This document shows positions 1-9,539 of a stretch of DNA of 41,543 nucleotides, piece after piece. The stretch's first letter is position 1. Each line of letters begins with the position of its first letter. The position numbers were made by a program, and so were the translations under genes. The DNA is from a virus (Duplodnaviria; Heunggongvirae; Uroviricota; Caudoviricetes), in the IMG/VR virus record IMGVR_UViG_2917413769_000002, positions 1 through 41,543 of that record; one strand, given 5' to 3'. The notes beneath the pieces were generated by a model. It made no database searches. It was not told the DNA's origin and saw nothing but the letters and a program-made list of their open reading frames with translations.

Positions 1-249
1 ATGATTATCGAAATCAGCATTGCCAAAGAGAAGATCGGCAAAATGCCGAAAGGCTCTACTGAAGCATTAAAACAGGAAATGATACGCCGTGTCAGCCAAC
101 GCTATGACGATGTAGAGGTCATTGTGAAGTCCGCCAGCAATGACGGTCTGTCGGTCCTCCGCGCACCTGATAAAGATGCAGCGAAGGCATTTGTGCAAGA
201 AACTTTGCAGGATGCGTGGGAGAACGCGGACGACTGGTTTGTTCAGTAA
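1..249 (+). CDS. dinI: DinI-family DNA-damage-inducible protein (prophage accessory gene)
   Basis: 82-aa ORF starting ATG at position 1; size and sequence pattern (acidic C-terminus ...[10 protein letters not shown]) match the small DinI family from memory; opposite strand to the phage late operon. Confidence 0.75.
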   Translation: MIIEISIAKEKIGKMPKGSTEALKQEMIRRVSQRYDDVEVIVKSASNDGLSVLRAPDKDAAKAFVQETLQDAWENADDWFVQ

Positions 250-360
250 CCACCGTGTAAACTCGCCGCCGGCTGGCAGCCATTCAATACTCGCACTATC
301 GAACGATCGCCAGCCAGCTGCAGCCCGTTCTTGCATACGACGTGGCTGCAGCACTCTCCT

Positions 361-783
361 TTAAGCAGGCTTTTCAGGCCAGTTAATATCCGGCGCAGTA
401 GACGTATCAACTGCTTCCAATGCATCCAGATAATCAAGCCTCGCGTTATACTGCGTCTTATCCGAATCGCTCAACCTTCCCATAGCCGCTTTGCCAGGCC
501 ACTGTTTGCTGTTCATGTAATCGTTGGCCTGATCTATGCGATTTTGCTTCTCTACATCAGCTGCTGAAATCAGATCTTCAGGTGGAATATCAACCCACGC
601 AGGAAGCCCATCCTTTCCCACTCCTAAAACCTTCCCTTCAGGCGGTGCGAAGTTATAGATATCACGCACGTCATCACCGACTTTTACAACGTCATCGGGG
701 AGCGTTCCTGCATCTATGTATGCCTGCTTATTACTTGCCGGGTAAAATGCCAGAGTTTTTCCACTAAATAAGTACATGCTCAT
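361..783 (-). CDS. tail fibre assembly protein (Tfa-like chaperone)
   Basis: 140-aa ORF immediately downstream of the tail-fibre gene with 4-nt overlap; conserved Tfa-like N-terminal region; ATG at 783. Confidence 0.75.
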   Translation of the reverse strand: MSMYLFSGKTLAFYPASNKQAYIDAGTLPDDVVKVGDDVRDIYNFAPPEGKVLGVGKDGLPAWVDIPPEDLISAADVEKQNRIDQANDYMNSKQWPGKAAMGRLSDSDKTQYNARLDYLDALEAVDTSTAPDINWPEKPA

Positions 784-1577
784 CTCCCAATCACTAAATA
801 GTTATAACGATAAGTAGTTCCTGTTCCTGCAGCTGAAACGTTCGCACCCCATGAGGTGAGGCTCATTGACGCAAAATTTACGCCGGTTGTTGAAGTGTTG
901 GTTGGTAACTGTACAGGGTCACTGATAACACCGAATGCTGCGTATACGGCCGACGTGAACGGGATCGGATAATTACCTGAATTCCCTGAAGTACCATTCC
1001 CTCCAAAATTACCCCACTGAATCATCAAACCGCCCGGAAGTTTCATGTAACCATTTGGTCCAATTGACGATGTGAAGCTGCTCATATCAGGGATCTGATT
1101 TGTGCCTGTTCCTACATCACGTTGCGCGGCGGTTTTTAGACCAAGGTAAGTAAGAACGCTGGGAATATCAGTCTTCCCAATGATATCCCGACCGACCTGA
1201 GTCAGGTCAGTTTGTGCAGCGGTATCAATACCGGTGAAATAAGGAAGCTTATTCGCTCCGGTCGCAAGGGCTGCAAGTGCCGTAAGTGTGGCATCCAGCG
1301 CCTGGAAATCCTTACCGAACGCGACGGTCATCTTGGTAATAAACCCGTTTAAGTCACCATCATCAAGCACATCTTGCCCACTTTTATTCGCGATATATTG
1401 CGCTAGAGAAGCTGCGATAAAACTTGCCTGCCGGATAGCTTTGTTCACCTGCGCACTGGATGCTTTGCCTGCCATGAACCCTGACAGTAAAGCCGGAAGC
1501 GCTTCCCACTCAGCCTGTGACATTACGTTTGCATTTGGATCAAGTGCAAATGCCTTAAAATCATTCTTGTTAGCCAT
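780..1577 (-). CDS. tail fibre protein
   Basis: C-terminal region contains the ...KLPYF...LTQVGRDI... block I recall as conserved in lambda Stf / Mu S-type fibres; last structural gene before Tfa; ATG at 1577 preferred over the TTG at 1595 in the ORF track. Confidence 0.7.
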   Translation of the reverse strand: MANKNDFKAFALDPNANVMSQAEWEALPALLSGFMAGKASSAQVNKAIRQASFIAASLAQYIANKSGQDVLDDGDLNGFITKMTVAFGKDFQALDATLTALAALATGANKLPYFTGIDTAAQTDLTQVGRDIIGKTDIPSVLTYLGLKTAAQRDVGTGTNQIPDMSSFTSSIGPNGYMKLPGGLMIQWGNFGGNGTSGNSGNYPIPFTSAVYAAFGVISDPVQLPTNTSTTGVNFASMSLTSWGANVSAAGTGTTYRYNYLVIGR

Positions 1578-1634
1578 CAGAGTAATACCCCCCAAGCGCC
1601 GGTATCGAAACCGCCGATATATTCGTTATCCATA

Positions 1635-2258
1635 TCAAACCCAAAAAAATTTCGTTCCTTCGGACGGTGTTTCTACCGAAGGTGTTTCAACGTCACCGGC
1701 CCATACGCCAGCTGCTTTAACGGTGAGATAGCCCTGTTTAATAGCGGCGATCAGTTCAAGAGACACATCTGAAATATCAGTCTCAGGGAATACCCAGACC
1801 GAAATCGTCATGTCCTGGTTATCGACGATTTGCATTTTCAGGCCAGAACCTGCTGTCGCAGCGTCAAGAATGGGTGGCAGCGAGTCGTTCCGCCCGTCCC
1901 AGTTGTTAATAGCGATTTTCGCTTTCAGAATGATGCGGTAGGTGTCATCGCTCAGCGACGTATAGCCCGAATCCGGGTCATATGGCCCTTGCCAGACACC
2001 TTGGTCATATCCCAGCCCATCGGTATCCCAGCTGAAATAAACTCCGGAAATAGGCTGGCTGACAATGCGGCTGCGCCCAATCCATAGCCCGAGCGTGTCG
2101 AGCTGCACACCGACAGCTGTATCGATATCGAAAGCAGAGACAAGGCCGCCCATGCTTTTGGAAATATCGATAAGCGGTCGGGTGCTCAGGTCAACGTGAT
2201 CGAAGAATTTGGGCTTGGTCGCGTGGTAATTGGTGATCCTGTCCGTATATTTGCTCAT
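1635..2258 (-). CDS. baseplate protein (P2 gpI / Mu gp48 position)
   Basis: 207-aa ORF directly downstream of the baseplate-J gene with coupled stop/start; synteny V-W-J-I-fibre-Tfa. Confidence 0.55.
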   Translation of the reverse strand: MSKYTDRITNYHATKPKFFDHVDLSTRPLIDISKSMGGLVSAFDIDTAVGVQLDTLGLWIGRSRIVSQPISGVYFSWDTDGLGYDQGVWQGPYDPDSGYTSLSDDTYRIILKAKIAINNWDGRNDSLPPILDAATAGSGLKMQIVDNQDMTISVWVFPETDISDVSLELIAAIKQGYLTVKAAGVWAGDVETPSVETPSEGTKFFWV

Positions 2259-3451
2259 GAGGTCACCGTGAGAGCGATATTATCGGGCTTACAGGACGCT
2301 GATTCGTTGTAGGCAATAACGATATTTGCCGCTGCCACCGAACCGGAAGACTTTCCGATCAACAGCTCGGTAATGTCGTAATAGCGAGCATTACCGCCGC
2401 TCACCACACCGAGGTTCGCCGGGGAGTAAATACGGCTCAACAGCACTGAATCACCGATCGTCAGCCCGTTGATGTAGTCCGCCACCGCCTGCTGAATCTG
2501 CGTGCCGATTTGCGATGTGTAACCGGTGAAGGCCTTCAGCGTGATGTGTCCGAAAACAGGCACGTCGGTTGAGCGAGAAAATCCGACATCATGCGGGTTA
2601 CCGTATTTGTCCGGTACAGAGACAACAGTTGATCCGTAGGGAGTCGTTCCCTGCCCCTTATTCCCCCTGATGGCCTGGGCTATTGCCGTTGCATCCCCAC
2701 CGTCGACAATGGCTGCAATGGAATGAGGCGGCAGTCCGTTGCTGTCAGTTGTGCCCTTGTCGTTTTCGTAGAGCTTGTGACGTGTCACACCAGCAACGTT
2801 GGCAAGAGCGCCATCAACAGCCTCAAACGGTGTAATCGACGGCAACGCAACGCTTTGCCCCTGCCTGACGCGCAGCTCTGCGTCAGTTTCTGCAGGTTCG
2901 CCCACTGTGGCCGCCGTCGGGTTCGTTACCGAAGTCCAGCCACGAGTCGGCGTGTTAATGGTGGTGATTGTCCCGGCCAGCGCCGCTACCGCACCGCTAT
3001 TCGCACATGTGGCCGTAACGATAACTGAACCTCCATCAATGACCACTGAAGGTGGAAGATTCCAGATCACGTTATTGTCGTCTTTAACCGAGCCGTTCGT
3101 GATGGTCGTCCCGGCGGTTCCGGTCAGCTGCAAATCTACGGTAGAGTTTGTCGCCCCATTACGGGCGATACCGTTAATTTTTACATTGCTGGTCAATCCG
3201 GCACCGTACCCGGTCGCAGGGGAAAAGCTGTTGTAGACACTGATGGCTGAGTTATTGGCATCGTGGATCGCCAGCGCTACCAGCGACACAACTTGTCCGT
3301 CCTTGCTGTCCGGGTCAATGTACACATCAGCGCCGTAAATCTGCTGAAAAAAGCTCGTCAGGGTATCGATTATCGTCTGAAAATCAGGTGCGCTAATACC
3401 CTCAGCGGTTACCGTTGCCGATAAGCCGAGTGTGTCCAAATTGAGGGCCAT
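2255..3451 (-). CDS. baseplate J-like protein
   Basis: 398-aa ORF; size and position typical of Baseplate_J family proteins (P2 gpJ / Mu gp47). Confidence 0.8.
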   Translation of the reverse strand: MALNLDTLGLSATVTAEGISAPDFQTIIDTLTSFFQQIYGADVYIDPDSKDGQVVSLVALAIHDANNSAISVYNSFSPATGYGAGLTSNVKINGIARNGATNSTVDLQLTGTAGTTITNGSVKDDNNVIWNLPPSVVIDGGSVIVTATCANSGAVAALAGTITTINTPTRGWTSVTNPTAATVGEPAETDAELRVRQGQSVALPSITPFEAVDGALANVAGVTRHKLYENDKGTTDSNGLPPHSIAAIVDGGDATAIAQAIRGNKGQGTTPYGSTVVSVPDKYGNPHDVGFSRSTDVPVFGHITLKAFTGYTSQIGTQIQQAVADYINGLTIGDSVLLSRIYSPANLGVVSGGNARYYDITELLIGKSSGSVAAANIVIAYNESASCKPDNIALTVTS

Positions 3452-3805
3452 TTATGCCTCGCTGGTTACTGTCGTTGTTCCGTAGATGGTGTCGACTGTG
3501 GTTGTGAACTCAACGCGCCGCGTCGTGGTGTTCACTGTCGTATTGAAAGAGAGAATGGATTTCACGCCACGCGTTTCGAGAATGCGCTGGCGTATCGCTA
3601 GGTTGTAGGTTTCCGGTTTTTGCTTACCGAGAACGGACTGGATCCACGGCGTGCCTGCCGTCGTATCGAGGAACCATTCCCCATACCATAATTCGAATCG
3701 CGTTTTTATCGCCTGCGCCACAGCCTCTGGTGAGTTAATCAGCCAGGTATCATCACCGCTGCCAAAGGTATAATCACCGTCGGCATCTTCACGCCGGTAT
3801 CGCAT
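3452..3805 (-). CDS. baseplate wedge protein (gpW / gp25-like)
   Basis: 117-aa ORF between spike and baseplate-J genes; size and synteny. Confidence 0.55.
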   Translation of the reverse strand: MRYRREDADGDYTFGSGDDTWLINSPEAVAQAIKTRFELWYGEWFLDTTAGTPWIQSVLGKQKPETYNLAIRQRILETRGVKSILSFNTTVNTTTRRVEFTTTVDTIYGTTTVTSEA

Positions 3806-3807
3806 GT

Positions 3808-4461
3808 TTAACCTCCCAGCGGCGCGGTATTGCTGCCGCCACTCTGTACGCCACCGTGCTTGTGTTTGTCGACGATAGAACCATCCACCAGCTGCAGGCG
3901 TCCGTCAGGCAGTATTTTCAGCCCATTCAGGTCGAACCCTCCCGGCGCGGTACCGGTTATCGCCCCGCTTGATGGGTTTAGGCTCAGCTTGGTCTCGCCA
4001 TCGTCACTACGCAACTCCACGCCGCTGGTGCTGATACCGCCGATTTTCTGCGCCTGCGACTGTGGTCCGACAATGCAGAACGCATCTGATAAATCATGCA
4101 CCCTATCGTCGACGGGCTCCTGCACACCGCCGCTTTGCCACCAGAAATCGATGCAGCGATCGGCAAATATCACCAGACATTCATCACCGGCCTTCACCGG
4201 GAACGTTAGCGTGCAACCGCCGCCGCGCGGAAACACCACCGGCACATCCACCAGCAGCGGATAATTATTCGTAATGCGCTTCCCGTCGTTATCGGTTTCA
4301 ACCGAACGGATAGCAGGCTGCACTACCGCAGTTACTGTTCCCGGGTCGAATGACTGAACGATTCCAGGCAACGCGACACGGATCTGGTTTTTTGTTGTTT
4401 CCCGCTCAGATTTGAGGGTTTCGGCAAGATCGCCGCTGCGGGTCTGGTCAGATACTGCCAT
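3808..4461 (-). CDS. baseplate spike / assembly protein V-like
   Basis: ATG at 4461 with GGAG 9 nt upstream; the longer ORF-track start at 4500 is a read-through of the upstream terminator hairpin; position upstream of W-J-I. Confidence 0.6.
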   Translation of the reverse strand: MAVSDQTRSGDLAETLKSERETTKNQIRVALPGIVQSFDPGTVTAVVQPAIRSVETDNDGKRITNNYPLLVDVPVVFPRGGGCTLTFPVKAGDECLVIFADRCIDFWWQSGGVQEPVDDRVHDLSDAFCIVGPQSQAQKIGGISTSGVELRSDDGETKLSLNPSSGAITGTAPGGFDLNGLKILPDGRLQLVDGSIVDKHKHGGVQSGGSNTAPLGG

Positions 4462-4478
4462 TTGGTAGACTCCAGAAA

Positions 4479-4504
4479 GCAAAAAACCTCGCCGAAGCAA
4501 GGTT
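4479..4504 (-). terminator. intrinsic terminator after the exported-protein gene pair
   Basis: minus-strand AACCTTGC-TTCG-GCGAGGTT followed by TTTTTT; 8-bp stem with one G-U pair and a UUCG tetraloop, read directly from the sequence. Confidence 0.7.
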
Positions 4505-4534
4505 TGAGAAGTGATTGTAAATATTTACAGGGAG

Positions 4535-5032
4535 TTACTTAAACATCCGATAAGTTACCTGTCCGTTAGGTTTGGTCAGGCTGCCATAGCACTCAATTGT
4601 ATGAATAACCTTAACATTAAAATCATTCAGCCCTGAGTAATGAAGAGTGAAGTAATACTGCTTTGGACTCACCGTGTCATCTATGCCACTTTCTGTTTGT
4701 TCCGTATCAAACGTCTCAGGCCTAGTTAGGGTATTTCGAGCAATATCCTTGCACGCGAAAATGACATTATTTTTAGCAAGAACATCGACAGGAAGCTGGT
4801 TCTTTTTAGCCTCATCAGCAAGTTCTTTTTCATAAATGGCCTTACGCTTAAGCCTTGCAGTTTCTTTTTCTTCTGCTGACCGGATGGCCGCCTTATCACT
4901 CTCACTTCTTGATTCAGCAGGCTTACTTCGCGCCTGACTCGCTTGATCTTCCTCTTGGCTCGTATCAAAAATCGCATACGCCGCAAATCCAATCACAGCC
5001 AATAACGCAATCCTTAGCATTTTTGTGAACAT
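4535..5032 (-). CDS. membrane-anchored hypothetical protein (moron)
   Basis: 165-aa ORF; N-terminal hydrophobic segment LRIALLAVIGFAAYAIF followed by a charged low-complexity linker and a C-terminal domain; locally AT-rich; followed by its own terminator. Confidence 0.5.
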   Translation of the reverse strand: MFTKMLRIALLAVIGFAAYAIFDTSQEEDQASQARSKPAESRSESDKAAIRSAEEKETARLKRKAIYEKELADEAKKNQLPVDVLAKNNVIFACKDIARNTLTRPETFDTEQTESGIDDTVSPKQYYFTLHYSGLNDFNVKVIHTIECYGSLTKPNGQVTYRMFK

Positions 5033-5037
5033 GGCCG

Positions 5038-5382
5038 TCAGTCCTTAATATTCTTACACGGAAACGAGCCAATTACTCTTGGAGCATCCATACTGTTTTG
5101 GAGAAGCTGGACATTCAGGAAAGATTTCCCGTTACGCTTCACAAATTCAAAGCCATAATTGTTGCCGTCACGCGCAGGCATCAGCCCCATATTCCACACA
5201 GCCTTAGATTCATCACCTTGAGCGCCGAGGTATTTTACTTTTTGACTTGTGACTAATTCGCCGTTAATACGCACAAGGCCTTCAGCATCCGATAATGTCA
5301 TCTTATAGCCGCCGCACTGGAAAGCTGCGAAAGAAGGTAACGAAACCAATAGCCCAACCAGCAACGCATATTTTCTCATCAT
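5038..5382 (-). CDS. secreted hypothetical protein with Sec signal peptide (moron)
   Basis: 114-aa ORF; N-terminus MMRKYALLVGLLVSLPSFAA looks like a cleavable signal peptide; two Cys in the mature part; sits inside the baseplate cluster. Confidence 0.5.
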   Translation of the reverse strand: MMRKYALLVGLLVSLPSFAAFQCGGYKMTLSDAEGLVRINGELVTSQKVKYLGAQGDESKAVWNMGLMPARDGNNYGFEFVKRNGKSFLNVQLLQNSMDAPRVIGSFPCKNIKD

Positions 5383-6449
5383 CCACCCCGGTTAAAAGCT
5401 TCCTGAGTTTTAATATCCACCGCACCACGCGCCTCGCACATCATATCCATGTACCACGCTTGGCCCCTTGTGTCGCCAGTGTACATAATCCCGCGTACAA
5501 TATAAACGCCATCCGTGGCGATGCTGGCTGTCATTTGCTTGGACACTGGCAGCGCTACGTTCGAATTGCCGTTTATGGTATCGTCGAAATAACGACCAGC
5601 CGTCATGGATATGTCGTTACCCGGTAGCGCTGTTTTGTATACCGACGCTTGATCCAGCTGAATGAGCCCGTTAACCCGGATGTTCGGGTTTATCAGCGCG
5701 CGAACGTTCACACCGTTACCGATGGTCTGCTGCGGCATGCCGATCAGCCCGGTGGCGCTGTTGAGCACAATCGCTTCGTGAACATACTCGTTATTCGCCA
5801 CCATCTGGCGCTGACCGTCCACGAACAGCCAGGTTGCACCACATTGTCCAGCCACGTTATCCATAAGATGCCGGGTCATACCAAACAGCACCCGGCCCCG
5901 GGGGAATACGGTGGCAGGCATTTCAGCCGTCAGGCCTTCAGTCGCACCTTTAGCCTCAAAATCTTTCATCAACGCGCGGTTCACATCTGCGACCGTATAA
6001 CCGGCTGCCAGCGTCTGCGAGGTTATGCTAGTGGCAAAAGCCAGATCCGTATCCGCTGCCTGAATCAGGACATAGGAATCAATGGGATTCTCCTTACCAG
6101 TCACCGAGTATCGAATTTCGCCGCTGTAAATCAGCCCATAGTTTCGCCCATCGCTCTGACCCACATCTGCCGCGTCAACCTCTCGCACCTTTCCGACGTC
6201 GCTGGCCGATACTTCCGGCGCTATGCCGTCGTAACCGGCGATCAGTCGCACCTTTGAAAACTCTTTACCGGTGATCCGATTTGAGGTATCGGCTGACAGG
6301 TTGTAAATCTTGAAGGTTCCCAGCCGGGACGCGCTGCTGATGTTGAACCAGTCGATCGTAAAGGTCACCTTAAAATCGCTAAGCTCAATGCCCTTCCCAT
6401 TCTCGTCCACGAGCTGCAGCTCGAAATGTCTCATCCAGTTCAGTGACAT
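5379..6449 (-). CDS. baseplate hub / tail protein D-like (Mu gp44, P2 gpD position)
   Basis: 356-aa ORF downstream of tape measure and small tail proteins; size and synteny. Confidence 0.55.
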   Translation of the reverse strand: MSLNWMRHFELQLVDENGKGIELSDFKVTFTIDWFNISSASRLGTFKIYNLSADTSNRITGKEFSKVRLIAGYDGIAPEVSASDVGKVREVDAADVGQSDGRNYGLIYSGEIRYSVTGKENPIDSYVLIQAADTDLAFATSITSQTLAAGYTVADVNRALMKDFEAKGATEGLTAEMPATVFPRGRVLFGMTRHLMDNVAGQCGATWLFVDGQRQMVANNEYVHEAIVLNSATGLIGMPQQTIGNGVNVRALINPNIRVNGLIQLDQASVYKTALPGNDISMTAGRYFDDTINGNSNVALPVSKQMTASIATDGVYIVRGIMYTGDTRGQAWYMDMMCEARGAVDIKTQEAFNRGG

Positions 6450-6451
6450 GT

Positions 6452-6754
6452 TTACTCCGTTGATACCAGTAAATGACTGCGGCCGCCCAGGTCGGTTTTC
6501 GTCGGATAATCCTGCGCGCTGTCGTCGCAGACCACCACCAGCTTAAAGCCCAGCCTCATATAGGCATTCTGCGCCAGCAGGTCAGCGCCGGTGACAAGGG
6601 GAATGCCGGAGATAACCGGCTCCCCTCTGTCGTTCTGCAGGTCCATAATCCAGTACAGATCCCGCCAGTTGATGCTGATCCGCCAGGTAGCGCCTGCGAT
6701 ATTGATACTGAACTGCTGGTTATCCGCCGTCAGCGGTATTTCCTGAATAGCCAT
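6452..6754 (-). CDS. phage tail protein (hypothetical)
   Basis: 100-aa ORF tightly packed in the tail module; ATG at 6754. Confidence 0.4.
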   Translation of the reverse strand: MAIQEIPLTADNQQFSINIAGATWRISINWRDLYWIMDLQNDRGEPVISGIPLVTGADLLAQNAYMRLGFKLVVVCDDSAQDYPTKTDLGGRSHLLVSTE

Positions 6755-7341
6755 TAACCCAGCCCCAGTAATGACACACCTCTTTGCAGCAAGGAGCTGT
6801 TAGGTGGCTTCGTCGTTTTAGTGCCGGTGTTCAGTACCGCAGAGGTACTTACACCATCTTTCATGTCTGTTTTATCCGCCACGCTGATTTGTTGCGTTTG
6901 GGATATAAGGACTTCGCGCAGGGTGAGAACGGCGGACAGGACATTTTCGGTCGTCTTATCCGTCGTCACCTCCAGCGCGCGGATCAGCATGTTGCTGTAT
7001 AGTCGCTTACCAGTCACCACATCGAAGGGGATTCTGCTATTCTGCAGCTCCAGTAACTTCTGATACGTCTCCTGCGGGCTAAGGCCAAGACTCAGCCCGA
7101 TTTTTGATGTGTCGGCAAAATCCAACAGCGAGCCACCACCAGCAAAACCGACCTCCATCGTCACTTCAGACGGTTTTTTATAGGCGTGGTCAGCAACTGC
7201 GGCCCCGACTTCAACGGGGTGCTCTGTGATTTCCAGTGTGTCGCTGTGCTTCTCAGAAATAACGACACTTGGAATTATCAAATCGTAACTTGGACCGAAT
7301 CGCCTAGATTGCTGATGAAACAGCGTAGAGAGAATGTCCAT
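6754..7341 (-). CDS. phage tail protein (hypothetical)
   Basis: 195-aa ORF directly downstream of the tape measure gene with coupled stop/start. Confidence 0.4.
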   Translation of the reverse strand: MDILSTLFHQQSRRFGPSYDLIIPSVVISEKHSDTLEITEHPVEVGAAVADHAYKKPSEVTMEVGFAGGGSLLDFADTSKIGLSLGLSPQETYQKLLELQNSRIPFDVVTGKRLYSNMLIRALEVTTDKTTENVLSAVLTLREVLISQTQQISVADKTDMKDGVSTSAVLNTGTKTTKPPNSSLLQRGVSLLGLG

Positions 7342-9362
7342 TATCCCACCTTCGTCTGGTTGCCGCGCATCACCTGGGCGTTTGATGACTGCTGCCGACG
7401 TTCGACTTCATTACCGACCGCCCGGGCGTCACCACCACCGTAGATGTGATACGTGTTCTGCTGGTTCACCTCTGGCGCTCTGCCATACCCCGGCATGTTG
7501 CTCATCACTTTAGGGATGTAGTTGCGGGTTTCCTGAGGCATGAGGGCCATCCCGTGCTTTTGCACATTCCCTATTCCCCAGTTGTAAGACGCTAACGCCT
7601 TACTCAGGTCGCCGCCGTTCGCCTGAAGTAACTGAGCCAGATATTTCGCAGCAGCCTGCGCTGACTTCTCTGGGTCGAAAACATCGTTCCCGCGTAAGCC
7701 CATGTCGCGCGCGGTGCCATCCATAAACTGAAATAGCCCCTTTGCACCAGCGCCAGATGTTGCGAACTGATTACCGCCAGATTCCGTAATGGCAACGCTT
7801 TTCAGCAGCCCGGCGGGAAGTTGATAAACTGCCTCCAGTCTGTTGAGCATAGGTCCCATCCAGTCAAGGAGAACTTTACCCTGAGCGGTCGCGCGCGGAC
7901 GTTTCACTGACTGTGCGTGCTGTTCCGGTTCGTCGTCTGAAGGCCCTGATTCCCCGCGTAAACGTCTGCCCACACTGCGGGGATCCCACCCCGTTTTATC
8001 TTTAATCCAGTCAGCAACGCTATTAGCGCTATCCTCCACCATCGGAGTGGCGCTCGGCTGTCCGCTGCCTTGGTTAAGTAGCTGCTTGCCAATGCTGGCG
8101 GCCTGCGCCCAGTTCCCGTCTTTAATGGCATTCAGCAGGTCGGCAATCATGTTCAGCATCTTGCCGAACTCGCCCATTTGCGAAATAAAGTTATCGAAAT
8201 CCCATTTCAGGGACCACGATTTCGGGTCTATGCCGAGCAGCTTCGCCAGCGCTTGTGTCAGATCTTTGACGGTCTTTTGCAGGTCGCCAATCATCTTGAC
8301 GGCCTGGTCAACCTCTGGCTTCCACTTCTGCCAGTCAATCAGGCTCTGACCACCTTCCTTCCACGTTTTGTAATCTTCCCACAGCAGCGCTATCCCGGCG
8401 GCCAGCGCCGTAATTAAGCCAATCGGGGACATCCAGAAGGTGCTGTTCAGAATGCGCAGCGCGATGGTCAGCGCGCCGAATAAGGCGATCATCTCACGCG
8501 TCTGTTTATCGAGCGACTTCCACCAGGTAAGAAGATCAGACGTCCCCTCAATCAACCGGAAGAACAGACGACCAATAATATCCCCGAGCGCCAGAATACC
8601 CTTGATGGCTTTCGTCAGGGTCTGCTCGATGCGCGGGAAGTTATCCAGAATGTGGCGGCGCAGCGTGTCCAGCGAACCCGCCAGACCACCAGCAAGATTA
8701 GAGCCGATTTTGTCACGGGCCATGCCTGCCATCGCGCCGAACTCGCGCAGGGAGGTCATGAATTTGTTGGAGCTTCTGGCCGCTTCGTCAGCATTAAAGC
8801 CGATAGCTTTCGCCATTGCGCTGTACTGCCCGGTGAAACCGCCCACACCCCGGCGCATCGCCATGAGGGTATTTTCGTCAATACCCAGCATCTGCGCATA
8901 CTGGTTAGCCCTGTAATACGGCATGCTGCTGAGCTTCTGGCCGACGCCCGTAAAAATAGCGGCCATGTCACGCATGTTACCGCTGGCGTCACGGGTCTGT
9001 ACGCCCAGACGGTTCAGGAAACCTTCCGCTCCGGGGTTATGCCGCATAAACCGGGCGAGGCTTTCCAGAGAGGAACGCGCCGCGTCGACGCTGCCGCCCA
9101 CCTGCGAAACCGCATAGCCAATAGACTGAATCCCCTGAACCGTCGCGCCGGTGCGCTGTGACGCCCAGTAGAGATTATCCAGACCGGAGGCGATCTTAGC
9201 CGTGAAGGCCACCACGGCAAGCGCGGCACCTTCGACAGCCAGCCCCATTTTGATGGCGTTTGCGGTCGTACCGGCGAGAACAGAGTCGAACTTTGACGCG
9301 CCCGCTTCGTCGATATCGAAACCGAGCGAAACAAGGAAATCTTTAATAGTCTCAGCGTTCAT
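7341..9362 (-). CDS. tail tape measure protein with C-terminal lytic transglycosylase (SLT) domain
   Basis: 673-aa ORF rich in Ala/Gly/Met repeats; C-terminal segment ...ESGGNQ...GAKGLFQF...YNWG... carries the catalytic-Glu and AxGLMQ-like motifs of soluble lytic transglycosylases; follows the chaperone gene. Confidence 0.8.
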   Translation of the reverse strand: MNAETIKDFLVSLGFDIDEAGASKFDSVLAGTTANAIKMGLAVEGAALAVVAFTAKIASGLDNLYWASQRTGATVQGIQSIGYAVSQVGGSVDAARSSLESLARFMRHNPGAEGFLNRLGVQTRDASGNMRDMAAIFTGVGQKLSSMPYYRANQYAQMLGIDENTLMAMRRGVGGFTGQYSAMAKAIGFNADEAARSSNKFMTSLREFGAMAGMARDKIGSNLAGGLAGSLDTLRRHILDNFPRIEQTLTKAIKGILALGDIIGRLFFRLIEGTSDLLTWWKSLDKQTREMIALFGALTIALRILNSTFWMSPIGLITALAAGIALLWEDYKTWKEGGQSLIDWQKWKPEVDQAVKMIGDLQKTVKDLTQALAKLLGIDPKSWSLKWDFDNFISQMGEFGKMLNMIADLLNAIKDGNWAQAASIGKQLLNQGSGQPSATPMVEDSANSVADWIKDKTGWDPRSVGRRLRGESGPSDDEPEQHAQSVKRPRATAQGKVLLDWMGPMLNRLEAVYQLPAGLLKSVAITESGGNQFATSGAGAKGLFQFMDGTARDMGLRGNDVFDPEKSAQAAAKYLAQLLQANGGDLSKALASYNWGIGNVQKHGMALMPQETRNYIPKVMSNMPGYGRAPEVNQQNTYHIYGGGDARAVGNEVERRQQSSNAQVMRGNQTKVG

Positions 9363-9539
9363 TATCCTCTCTCCATTTCTCTATACGGCGCTGGTTGTCT
9401 GCCTTAACGGCCAGGTGGTCATTCATCAGCGCGATATCGCACAGATCGACTGATCCATCCTTCAGCGCGTAATAAGGGATTAACCCGGCGTCAACCGGGT
9501 CAAGAAGATAAGACAGCCCGTCAGGCAGGCTGTTGAGGG

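Noticed and set aside
250-360. Inverted repeat GGCTGGC...GCCAGCC between dinI and Tfa as a bidirectional terminator
   Set aside because: Stem halves are separated by ~30 nt and no U-run follows on either strand; not convincing as an intrinsic terminator.
5649-6257. 202-aa plus-strand ORF (similar cases 8652-9161, 17983-18627, 19235-19894)
   Set aside because: All are antisense to well-supported minus-strand structural or packaging genes and show Arg/His-rich compositions without motifs.
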